Shown here piece after piece: positions 1 to 11,600 of a stretch of DNA of 64,000 bases. A program made the translations under genes and the position numbers. The notes below the pieces were generated by a model. It worked only from the letters and a program-made list of their open reading frames with translations. It ran no database searches and was not told the origin of the DNA. The stretch lies in contig JAYWIR010000042.1 of the NCBI GenBank assembly GCA_036172245.1, forward strand, positions 1,550,001 to 1,614,000, in the 5' to 3' direction. The stretch comes from Raillietiella orientalis. Taxonomy: Eukaryota. The stretch's first letter is position 1. Every line of letters starts with the position of its first letter.

Positions 1-643
1 TCTCGGAATATACCGACGGAAATGGCTGGCTTCTGCTAGGCAGCCTCATTGCATTACGAACTTTCTCGTGAGAACCTTCTTCTAACCCTTGGAGAAGTCT
101 GGAGAATCCGCCCTGGAGAAGTCTGTGTTTGCTCGAAAACATTCATCCGCCCAAGTCAATTGCTGAATGTTTTCCACTCGCAACCAAAGCTGGAAAACTG
201 TTTCTCGCAAATGTCGTCAACACTTGCGTCAGGCACCAATTCTGCAGTGACGACTTCAGTTGATATTTGGATCCTGATTGGTGCCTAGTGTGAAACGTTG
301 GAAGAGGTAACAAAAGTAATATAAACTTTGAAGGTTAGCAATGCCATCTCGTGATTTTATTAGTAACGCAAAAATCTAGTCTCAGAGTACATCAGATGTG
401 CTTCACAATAATTTATTTATTCGCGGTACGCAATACACCACTCGAAGAAGTGCTTTTGTGGTACTTCCTCGAACTGAGATAGCTGTCTGTGACAATATCT
501 TACAGGCAATGAGTATCTTCAATGAAGATACAATCTCTTATGATCATTACACAGATTTAGTAATTAATGCAGTGCCAGTTAGAGAATAAGAAAAAAATGC
601 GTCTACAGTATACCATCTTAATTGATAGTAATTAGACATTATG

Positions 644-1031
644 AAACGCAGCACGGCATAAACGGCAACCAGAGGAAAAGGCATTCCCGAGCACAAGGGC
701 CGCGAGATCCTCTCCTACGAACACGGAAATTCCGAAAGACATCACGGATACCATCAGACAGGAAAACACGAGAAGAGGAAACGGGGTCTAAATAAAGGGT
801 GGCAACGAGGAGCCCCATGCACCAGGGGAGTCCACAAACCACCGCTGCTGAAAGTGCGTCTACGACCTGAAGTGAAGAAAAGACTTCGCTCTGGCTGGCT
901 CACAGAAAAACACCTCCTGTGTTCGTGTCGCGCTTTCCTTCCTTTTTCAAAGGTGTTCGCGAGATGTGCATGGGAGGCACGCAACGGACGCTGCCACGAG
1001 CATATGCGATATGTGCAGTGGAGTCATTTCC
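644..1031 (+). repeat. 388-bp direct repeat, copy 1 (copy 2 at 6543-6930)
   Basis: Manual alignment at constant offset 5899: 11 substitutions, no indels (~97% identity). The ORF track shows matching duplicated peptides (639..842 vs 6493..6741). Confidence 0.95.
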
Positions 1032-1673
1032 CTCAAAATTTATAGTATTTAGATATTATGCGCGCTTCAAATTATTAATTGGATTGATGAGATTTCCTAC
1101 AGCTAACTAACATACAGGGAACAGATATATTCCCAAAGAACGCGTGAATTACATGATGGGTCTTCCCCTGCTTTTGAATCATGTGGAAGAATTTGTTTGC
1201 CATAAGACACGTCGGACAGTTCCTTGGAAAGCAGGGTCACAGTACTCAAAGATTTTCTTCCGGATGCCCGAGTGAGGGGATAAACAGAGTCCCGGAGCAT
1301 TTCGGAAACAGATCGAGGAAGGTGGCATGTTCTTCTCAATTTCTTGTGTGCATCAGGTTAACTTCGACACCGATCTCCAGGAGTTTATCTTTCCGATGTG
1401 GCTTTTCTTGGAAGCTGTTTTTTGTGGCCATCGGACATGCAACATGGGAATTGCATTCCTAAACCCATGTTCCAGGAGACACCTACTAATAATTCACCGA
1501 CGAAAATCACTCGAAATCCTCGTCCTCGTACTTAGCCGTCTGCAAACCCATTACTTCCAAACGCATGTAAGGGGATGCGAGTAGAGTGGACCAAAGTTGG
1601 ACTGCCTCATGAGCATGTGCATACGAGGGTTACGCAAAAGTCTACTGTGACTTGCGTAGCTGATAGCTTAGGG

Positions 1674-1914
1674 CAGCGTTTCCCAAACTTTTCCTACGAC
1701 AGAGCACTTCACACATCCTGAATTTTAAGGGAATACCTTGGTTATTTTATAAGGTAGGTGGATATTGCTAATGAATAACTTAAGCAAGTAAATCTACGAG
1801 TTAAGAAAACAAAACAAACATTTACTCTCAAATTTTAATTAGGTAAAACAAAACACACGAAAATAGTAAAATAAACTTAACACCAGTGTACCGAGGAATG
1901 TTTGGGAGATGCTG
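1674..1914. mobile_element. Non-autonomous hAT (Charlie-like) MITE, 241 bp
   Basis: TIRs CAGCGTTTCCCAAAC (1674-1688) and reverse complement CAGCATCTCCCAAAC (1900-1914), 13/15 match. Perfect 8-bp TSD GCTTAGGG at 1666-1673 and 1915-1922 with central TA. AT-rich non-coding interior. Confidence 0.88.
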
Positions 1915-2281
1915 GCTTAGGGAACTGTTCCTTTTTCTTCCTCTTCCTTTCTGTTTTGCGTCGAAAAATTCTGCACTGAACGAAACTGCCTGTTGAGAAC
2001 GCACAGCATGGACCGCGACTGCGAGATCGTGCCCATGTGGCCGCACCTACAAGCAGTTGTAGGGTTCAACTTCAGGCAGCACGGAGAACACCCGGAGACA
2101 GGCTTCCCGGTGGGGGTGACCACCATCGTGATGCCACAGCCCAAGAAAGACCGAGGAGGGACGCAATCTCACAAGGAGGCAAAGGCATTTTGATGTATTC
2201 CTCCATCCTTCATCTTCCTAGGCCAGGATAGGCCCACGAGAGAGTGCCAGACAAGACTGCCTTACAAGAGAGTACTAACGA

Positions 2282-2575
2282 GAGATTCCATGGAAAAACT
2301 CCGCCAAGAATGGTGGATCCTTGTGCGTGAGGAGTGCACGAGACGTTCAAGCTGGGATGCTCATGCCAAGGAGATTCCTGTAAGGGTGCCTATGGAAGGA
2401 ACAGATGAAGAAGGTCCTTCTGGAAAGGAAGGAAGGGATGTTCGAAGCCAGTTTCGTTGGAGAGGCGCCATGAGGAACGCAATTCACCAGTCTCCCGGAT
2501 TCCAAGAATGGACTGCAACCAAGCATAGTCCTCAAGCAGTACCAGCAGCATGCTGAACGCATTTGGAGGATAATG
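2282..2575 (+). pseudogene. Frameshifted relic resembling an IRF (interferon regulatory factor) tryptophan-repeat DNA-binding domain
   Basis: Across two frameshifts it reads EIPWKNSAKN(G)/WILVREECTRRSSWDAH...RWRGAMRNAIHQSPGFQEW.../AERIWRIM. This is colinear with IRF motifs IPWKHAAKHGW, FRSWAIH, WKxxxRCAxxxxxxxEE and RVYRM. An in-frame TAA lies just upstream. Confidence 0.5.
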
Positions 2576-3434
2576 GATTCGGATTCCTGGAGTAAATGTG
2601 CATCACGGGATGAGTGGCCAACCGCTACATACAGTGGGAAAGTCGCTCGTGGTACACTCCTGTTTCCAGGATGGTTTTTCCTGATGTCGCTTTTATCTTC
2701 CGATCATCCGCGAACAGACTACCTCCCTCCTGTTCTTCAGTTCTGTGGAACGATTTTTCCAGGGAAAGGATTCGCCCGCTTTCGTGAAGAAGAAGCAAAA
2801 CTCAAGAGGACCGTTGCTTAGTCGCTTCAAAACTTGTCTTGAAGCGATTAAGCTGCAGCCCAAGAGAAGTAAGAGTGACTGCCGTTATCTCTTGAACAAT
2901 GAGCTCCCAGAAAACTCAGCTTCTCAGCAGATTTGAGTTGCAGCCGCCTCGCGCCGCTTCCTGCGCCGGTCGACAGAGCTGTCTCGGAGGATCTCTCCCT
3001 ACGAGCTTACCCGGCGTCGTCGAGGAAGCACCTAAGTTCAGACTCTCTCTTTCGGAGTACCCTCCCAGGAAACAGCACATGGAAAATTTGCCTTCCGTCG
3101 ATGGGACATCCGTACAAGAGCTTCTCATTATGACAAGCATCTTCGAGCTCTACATGAGTCTCCTTTCACTTTACCTGCCAACCGGAAGCAAGCTTTTCCT
3201 TTCTGAAGAACCACCTAACTCCCCGCATCCCATGTCTTCCCTTTACCCATTTTTCAGTACCCATAGAACAAGATTAACCACCGGATGCCACCTGACCGTC
3301 AGGTATTGTTCCCTATAGGTCGAGTGTCTCAGTCAACAGTTCCGACCGAAACGTCTGCACACGCAAAATTTACGCAAACCTACGGAATGGTGTTCTGCTT
3401 GCTGCTCTTCGGCACGGGGAAGGCCGAGTAATTA

Positions 3435-4549
3435 ATGAATTTCTTCAAGGGACCCATAGTGATGTTCTTGTTCTTTCTAACATCTGATAAGGACACTGTC
3501 CTGACTCACCATTTTTTCACGCATAGCATAAATGTTGAACCGAAAATCTCGAATCCCGATATCTTAGCGTCTTTCAAAGACCGAGCACAAAACGCGAGAC
3601 ATTCGGGAAGATCGTTGGGCCACATCTGACACCAAATGATCCATTTAAAAGTCGAACAAATGAATCCTCTTTTTCATTTGAGTACCCACAAAGATTCGTG
3701 GGAACATCAGGTCCAAAAGGTTCGAGAGTGCAAAGTTGTTGAAGTTTCCAGCACTACCTCTAGAGATTCGAGTTCATCTGAGATAGAAGTAACTGTTCAC
3801 CTAAGATTCGGACAAAAGATGTTTTAGAAATTTTTTTTTTTTTAAATTAGAAGGAGAGTTTTTTTTTTTCTTCTACAAATGCGTAGGCAACTGCGCAACT
3901 TCTCCTTATCATCTCAAAGTAGATGGGAACATCTGGATTAGTGAGATACACGTTTCGGGTATAACAAGAGGAAAAAGATGTGGTTATTAACCACTTTTGT
4001 TCATCACGGTGTTTTGTCTTCCTAGACCCGAACATCATATTAAATCAGCTTTATCGATTAAGAGAACTTCTTGGTAAGTTCCCGAGGCAATGAAGCAAGA
4101 ATCCTCTCGTATGAGATACACAGGCACTGTACCGACCACGAGTCAGGGAACCGTCAAACTGTCAACCAAACTTGCAAATCACACATCTGAATCGCTCAGT
4201 GTACAGCTCTGTGGCGCGTGCCTCGTGGAATACTGCACCACGAATGAAAACTCGCATGCCGACTGGTGCACTGGTAATCAACCTCGTTCAGTTCACTTTC
4301 TGAACTCCTCTACCACATCCACATAGCGTATTTGCATTCGTGCATTTCTTCCAGCCGCAACCAAACGATTCCTGGACTCGCCGGGTCGCCATCGAAGCCA
4401 AGCAATGTCAGAACCACAGACCCAGTGGTCAACAGCTCCGGAATAGAATCTTTTGGTTAACAACGCACGCACGTTGCACATGTACGATGACCAAGTGAGC
4501 AGATAGCTTTGAGGACAAGTTCAATCGTGATCTTGAGAAATCCTTCCAT
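3435..4549 (-). pseudogene. Probable decayed F-box/LRR gene
   Basis: From ATG 4549: MEGFLKITIELVLKAICSL...(frameshift)...LLTKRFYSGAVDHWV resembles the F-box consensus. An LRR-like FCPNLR occurs near 3800-3820. Multiple stops and frameshifts. Confidence 0.35.
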
Positions 4550-5621
4550 TCCTCGTTCTGCTTCCCAATTTACTGAAAGGAGAAATGTATATTGCGCTTC
4601 TGTACTCATGGACTTCCGCATGTATCGTTGGAGACTGAATGTACTTCCCGCAAAACGTGCGTGCGTTCGCGACTCCGAAAACTAAACGGAAAATTCAGTG
4701 ACTTCTTTGCGTGACCCTAACCGCTTGGTCTCTTCTTTTCAACGTAGCTAGCAAATTGCTTCTTTAGAGAACATACTGTGACTGAAAGATGTGAAATAGA
4801 CTTTGCTGTGTATTTGTAGAGAACGACACTCCTTGGACCACTTCAGGTGACTCTGGTTGAGATCAAGCAATTGATATACATGTACGGGACAGATTGCCAT
4901 AGCATACGCGAAATCTTTGGAAAAAATAATGATAATCATGATACGAAACAGTAAAGACACGAAAGCCAACACGGTCACCTTCAATACCGATCATACTACA
5001 ACGAGTGGCTCATGAGGAATAGGATCGTGAGACGAACCGACCCGCACTGCTTTGGATGTTACATTCCTTGTGTCAATGTGCAAGAACCGCACCAATGCCC
5101 TGAAAGAAACCTGAACAACTGTTATTCGGCTAAGACAAGAGGTCATGATTCGAACAGATGCTAAAACGCCACACGACGAAAAGCCTCCACACTTTCCCAC
5201 GCCAACGCACACCACTATTTTCTTAAGCAAATCAAAACAATAGTGGTCTACCATCCTCATTTACCTGCAAATGCGGCAAAGATATACCAAAAAGGTTCGG
5301 TCCAAGGTATTCTATTCCATGGTGGGGTGAATCGCCAACCCGTCCTAACGGATTGAATTCGGTTAGCACCTCACGGGAAACAGGAAGCCCCCAAACCCAT
5401 CGCTTTGGCCAATGGCTAGGCGAAACCAATGAAGGCCAAATGGACTCGCAACACGAGGCACAGCTTACAAAAGTACCATTGCTGTGGTCCATGATTTTTA
5501 TTCGGGGAGGAAGGGGTGGGGGGCGGGGAAGGTATTATTGCTCAGAGTTATCCCGCACACTTATGCACAATGCTTTACATCCGAGGCATCGATGAGTACA
5601 ATGCAGTCCGCATGATGCATT

Positions 5622-8600
5622 TCACACTGCAGTTTGCGTTGCCAAAGGTAACAGGGTCTGAAAAATTTGCCCGTCCACCTTTCGGTTCTGCCGCTTGGCC
5701 ATTCTCGAAGCATAGTAGCCGTTGAAATCTAGTCTACGGCCAAAAATCCTACAACCTGATTTTGACCCACCACCGACCTGTACAGCATGTTGATCAGTTT
5801 GTCGCTGTAATTCTCCCTTCCGATTTCTGATATGTGATTGAGCAAGTTGATGAGCATGCCGCTGAAGGTCTCATCGTACTGCCTGACCATGTGTGAGAAG
5901 CTGCCCGTCTCCTCCTCGATGGTGTCCTGCAATCGAAAGAGAACCAAATAGCACGCACCATTGGCAGGAGTCTCACAAAAAGAAATCAAGGCACAGAACG
6001 CATGAAGTAGGCATATGAGCAGCTGATGAAAATAGTACACCTTACGAAGCACGAAATGTAAACAAGAGGCTCGTGAAAACAACACACGTACAGCAATGTG
6101 CCTACGCGGTTGCAAATTTATTAACCCCCACGCGAAAAGCACGATCGGTCAAAAGTTAACTGGAGCAACCATGGATTCGTTCTCACAGTCGAAGAAGGAA
6201 CTCGTGAATCGTGGCATCTATCAGAACCCTAACCATTGGTGGACCACTGTCAGCCGCCCTGCCGGGATCAACCACCACTCCACATTCGTGGCTCTGTTAC
6301 GTGGGCGGAGAAAAAGGAAATGCACCTTCCTTCACGTTGGATGCGCAAACGCACAACCAGAGAGACCTTGGCCGACCAGTCAGCCAGCTTCAACAACTTT
6401 GGGCGCAACTCCACGGAACAGCACACGACAAGACTCAAGTGATCACGCTGCACGCTCTCAGCCTACCAGCGCGTGCATTTTTCTCGCAGTCATCAATTAC
6501 AGGTCCCCCGAGGCTCGAGATATATGCCCATCACCGTCGTGAAAACGCAGCACGGCGTCAACGGCAACCAGAGGAGAAGACATTCCCGAGCACAAAGGCC
6601 GCGAGATCCTCTCCTACGAACACGGAAATTCCGAAAGACATCACGGATACCATCAGACAGGAAAACACGAGAAGAGGAAACGGGGTCTAAATGAAGGGTG
6701 GCAACGAGGAGCCCCATGCACCAGGGGAGTCCACAAACCACCGCTGCTGAAAGTGCGTCTACGACCTGAAGTGAAGAAAAGACTTCGCTCTGGCTGGCTC
6801 ACAGAAAAACACCTCCTGTGTTCGTGTCGCGCTTTCCTTCCTTTTTCAAAGGTGTTCGCGAGATGTGCACGGGAGGCGCGCAACGGACGCTGCCACGAGC
6901 ACATGCGATACGTGCAGTGGAGGCATTTCCGTCACTTTTGAAAGGAAGCACTCTTTGTAGCTGCGTGCCAACCGGTCTCCCCGACTGCTAAGCGACCAGG
7001 AGAGGGGACGCCTCGTTTCTATCTTCTCCTTTTCGCATGAAGCTTCCCTGATGGAACGATTCCGGCTTTGCTCCCCGAGAGGTGCGAAACATGATACCAA
7101 CAACGGCTTTCGAATGGAGAGGAATGCGCTGAAGAAGACGCGTGTCAAGCCCACTCCAAGTCTCGAAGTGGTGTGCCTACATGGCGCGGTGACTTCACTT
7201 TGGCTTAAGCACGGGCAGTAAAAAAGCACGCCCCATGGCAGGCGGAATTCCTTCCCTCTTGCGGATGCCGCGAACCGCGCTTATGGTGCGACCAAAGGGC
7301 GCAAGATCGACCGCGTTTCTGCTCGTCTGGGACTTATCAAAACTGCGTGGGAAGATATCTCTCTCGTGCTTCCCTCCGGAACGCCCACTTTTGTGTTGCT
7401 GTTGTTGCTGCTGCTGTTTCCGTTGTTTTTTTTTTAATTCAAAGGCGCACAGAAAGCAAATCTTACCAGCTGGCCGATCCGGACTTTCACGACGTTTTTG
7501 AATCCAGCACAATCAGCGCTTCCATACTAAGCAGGAAGAGAGCAAAAGTTGGAAACCGTCCGCCGTAAGGACTCAAGGGGTGCTAACCTGTGTTTTCTCC
7601 AGGAACTCGACGCAGATTTTCAGTAGCTTCCGGACAACGCTCAGTAAACTAGGACTAGTAAGCATGCAGTCTTTGAGACAGGTGTTCAGGAAATCATTGT
7701 GCAGGTCGAGCACCTCGTCGACGCTGGATACCTGAGAGAAGGAGACTTGGTGAGAGAGCATAGAAAGCTAAATAAGATCGCCTCGTCGTCCATCCATACC
7801 TCTGCTGCTTCGCAGACACACGCGCCTACTTATGTTACTATTACACGCACAGGAGCTCTATCCTTCCTTCCTTCCCATCCCAGCAACGTACCCCGGTTCG
7901 GACGTGGTAATCGCCTGAATTTTTCGTCCGTCGTAAGCCGTCGATAAGAGCATCAAGGACCACACCAACACGGCCATACGCCCAGCTCAGCAGCTCCGTC
8001 CCCGAGAACGGAGTCTCCCCGTTGCCGTGAGCGGTGGAGGCAGTGGAATTCAGGGGCACCTCGAGGTTGCGCGCGTGCGCATCGTCAGTTCAAGTTGCAA
8101 GAACGGCAGAGCACGGTGGAGTTACAGCGTGCTTCTTTGTGTCCGCTTCAGTGGATAGACATCCAGGGGCAGGGAAGACCCCGACCGTGTTTGTGCGTGT
8201 GCAGGTGCTCACCGGACGGTGTAATACTCGATAAAACACAACAGTGGGAAGGGCGCACACACTTCCCATTCCTACCGCCCTCCCACGTCACAGAAGAAAA
8301 CAGCATGCGTTTCCTTACCGGATCAAACAAAAGACGACAGTGCCCCCTCTCCCAACGAGGCTAACTCAAGACTTTTCACGTAGGCGCCGCCGCCGTCCTC
8401 CTCTACCGATCTTCTGCAAACGAGGAAAACCAGCCAGCCGGACGCGACGCGCCCGTCACTGCGAGAAACACCAGCAGCAGCGTCATCGTCCCTGCGAAAA
8501 GATGGTGAGGTTGGAAAGGCGCGGACCACCAAAGCCGGGGAGGAGGCAGAGCTGCTGCCTCAGCGACCCTAAGGCGGATCTGCTTGAAGCCCTCGAGCGT

Positions 8601-11600
8601 CACGATTTTGCGCAGTTCCGCGAAATCCTCGCCTCCAACCCGGACCTCAATCTAAACATGCCAGCAGGCCCGCATCTGTCGGGCACATCGCTGCTCGAAC
8701 GAGCCTGCCGGAGCGGGATGGCGAAGGAGTTCGCAGAGCTGCTGCTGCTGGGCGGCGCGAACCCCAATATATGGAACCCGGTTGGCAAGTGCACTCCGGT
8801 GCATGTAGCTGTTGCGAGTGCACGCCCAGAAGTGCTCGAGGTGCTGTTGGCGCGCGGAGCCAACCCCAATGTGAAGAACGGGTTCGGCAGGACGGCCCTT
8901 CATCTGACAGCGCAGTACAGTGGCGGTGGAGACCCCGATCGGCTGAAGAAGATGGTTCAGTGCGCCAAGGTGCTTCTGGAACATTCAAGGATCTGCATCG
9001 ACCTTAAGGACAACAAGGGTTGCACTCCGCTGCACCTGTGCTCACTGACGGGGAACCGGGAGCTGGCTAGACTGCTCATCAAGAACGGGGCCGACCCATG
9101 GGTCACTAGCGATAGCACGGGGAAGACTGCTGAGGAGATGTTTTTAGAGAAAGATCCCTCGTGGAGATCGGAACGAAGTCTCCTCACAAAGAAGGACCAG
9201 CAGCAGGAGAGGCAAAATCGACTTCCGGAAAGCAAAACGGCACGCCTATACGAAGCGCTGCAGGACAGAGACTTGCAACGGTTCAATATGTTTCTGAACG
9301 AGGGTGCCGACGTCGACGAGTTCCACGGAAGCTACAATCCCCTTCAGTACTGCAGCGAGCACGGATTAATCGAGTTCGCGAAGAGGCTGCTGGAGAGGGG
9401 CGCTGACCCAGACATCGCGAACCGTACCACCAGATGGTGCCCCATCCACTACGCGGCAGAAAACGGGGATGATGACATGCTGGCCCTGCTGATCGATGGC
9501 GGGGCGAACGTCAATGCGCAGGATAACCTAAAGGACACTGCTCTGCACAAGCTGTTGAAGAAAGAGCCGCGTCACTTCCCCGAGGATCAGCAAAGTCACC
9601 TGTGGAGCTTGGAACGGATCCTGGGAGCGTGGAACCTAAACCCCAACCTGCAAGATCACCAGGGCAATACGCCCCTGCACCTGGCAGCAATCGGCTGGCC
9701 GCAGGATATGGTCAAGAGGTTGCTCCACCTTGGTGCGCACATGGGACTGGAGAATCGCTTCGGAGAAACTGCGGCGGAGAGCATCTTGCCCACCACGCTG
9801 GAGCAGTTCCTGGACGAGTGCATCGAATACGACAGCAGCGCGCCCACCACTGGTGATGACTTCGCAGTGACCATCCACTACAGATTCCTGCAGCCGCCCA
9901 TTCTCTGCGATAACGGCAATGGCGGCAAGGTGAAAGATCACTGCAAGCAGCGCCAGCCACCGCTTCCGGAAACGGAGCCTCTCCGACAAATGAGCCGCGT
10001 CAAGCATCACCAGCATCTCCTGAAGCACCCCGTCGTGACCAGCTTCCTCTACCTCAAGTGGAGGAAGGTGAGGATGTACTTCTATCTGAACTGCTTCTTC
10101 TACACCGTGTTCTTGACACTGCTCACGGCCTTCTTCCTCATGAGGACGACCACAACGATGGAAGAGGAGAACGACAGAGCAGGCAACCAGCTGTCTTCAT
10201 ACTTGTGGTACTGCGTGATTTTCGCCGACGTCGGACTGATGCTGCGGGAAATCTTCCAAATCTTCGTCTCCCCGGTGAAGTATGTCTTCCTGATAGAGAA
10301 CCTCCTAGAGTGGGGAATGATTGTCGGCGTCTTCGTCGTCCTATGCCACCCCGACCAGCTCTTCGCCACGTGGGGCAGAGCAGTGGTTCTTTTCCTCGCT
10401 TGGGCAGAGTTGATCATGCTATTCGGACGTCACCCCTCGCTGTCGCTCTACGTGCGCATGTTCTCAACCGTCTCGCTCAGCTTCCTCAAATTCACCGCCT
10501 GGTACTCTGTGCTGCTGCTGGCGTTCGTCTTCAGCTTCAGCCTCGTGTTCGGAGCCGCAGGAGGTCAGTTCAGCACAGTCCACGGCACGTTCATGAAGAC
10601 CGTCGTCATGATGACTGGAGAGTTCGACTTTGGGGACGTTCCCCTGGGAGGCTTCCCTGTGGTGTCCCATCTCCTCTTTCTGTCCTTTGTATTCTTCGTC
10701 ACCATTGTCCTAATGAACCTGCTCACGGCGCTGGCCGTGAGTGACACGCGAGCCATCGCGGACAAGGCAGAAATCTTCAGCTACGTCGGTCATGTCGAGC
10801 TCATCTCCTACATTGAGTCCATCCTGCTAGGAGATCCCTTCCGGCACCTCTCCAGATATCTCCCTTTCAAGTGGATCCCCGAGTGCACACCATGCCCCGC
10901 GATCCGTGAGAACTTCCGACCCCTTTTTGCATATATCGATGCCCTGGGCAAGGGCATCTTGCTCTTTCCCACCCACGTGCCTCGCTACTCCATCATCGTG
11001 CACCCCAACTTGTGCCGCGTGACGGCGTCAGGATCGACGAAGAGGTTGTCGCTTGGCGGCGACATCATGCGCGCAGCGAAGAAGGTAGCAGAGACGCGAA
11101 ACCGGAGGGTACGCTCCGCCTCGTCTGAGGCTCTACACGAGGAGGGACTGCCGCGAGCCCTCGAGAAGCTAGAAGATGCTATCCAAGAGGGAGTTGACCG
11201 TATCCTGCAGGCGCTCAGTCGGTCAGACGATTGCGCGCTCGAGGTGGGTGCGCCCAGTCAGCAGGAGGAAGAGACACGACAACCGACTTCATTGTGATTT
11301 CCCCCCGTGACGCCCGCGAGCAAAATAGCAAGTGCGTGGAACACGAAGCACACAGATATTGCGACCTACCTTGTGCAGCTTTTCCACAAAAGTCTGCCAG
11401 TTGGGCTCCAGCACTTCAAAGGTCATATAGTACTCCAGGTTCTGTACGTAGTTCAGCATCCGTTGCCGGAGGGCGAAGACGGGGCCACGCACCCTGGCCG
11501 TCTCCTCTGTACCCGGAGAGAGGCAGCCGGCGGCGTTCCTAACGACCATCCAGGAATGGCTAAGCAACCTCTCCACGTGTTTACAGTAGAAGAGATGACG

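Noticed and set aside
644..6930. The 388-bp repeats as LTRs of a retrotransposon
   Set aside because: No terminal CA, PBS/PPT, TSD or gag/pol, and the interval contains the last two GCP2 exons.
8244..8501. ORF-track start of the channel (1017 aa)
   Set aside because: It begins at a non-ATG codon and the extra 86 codons show no family similarity. The first ATG is 8502.
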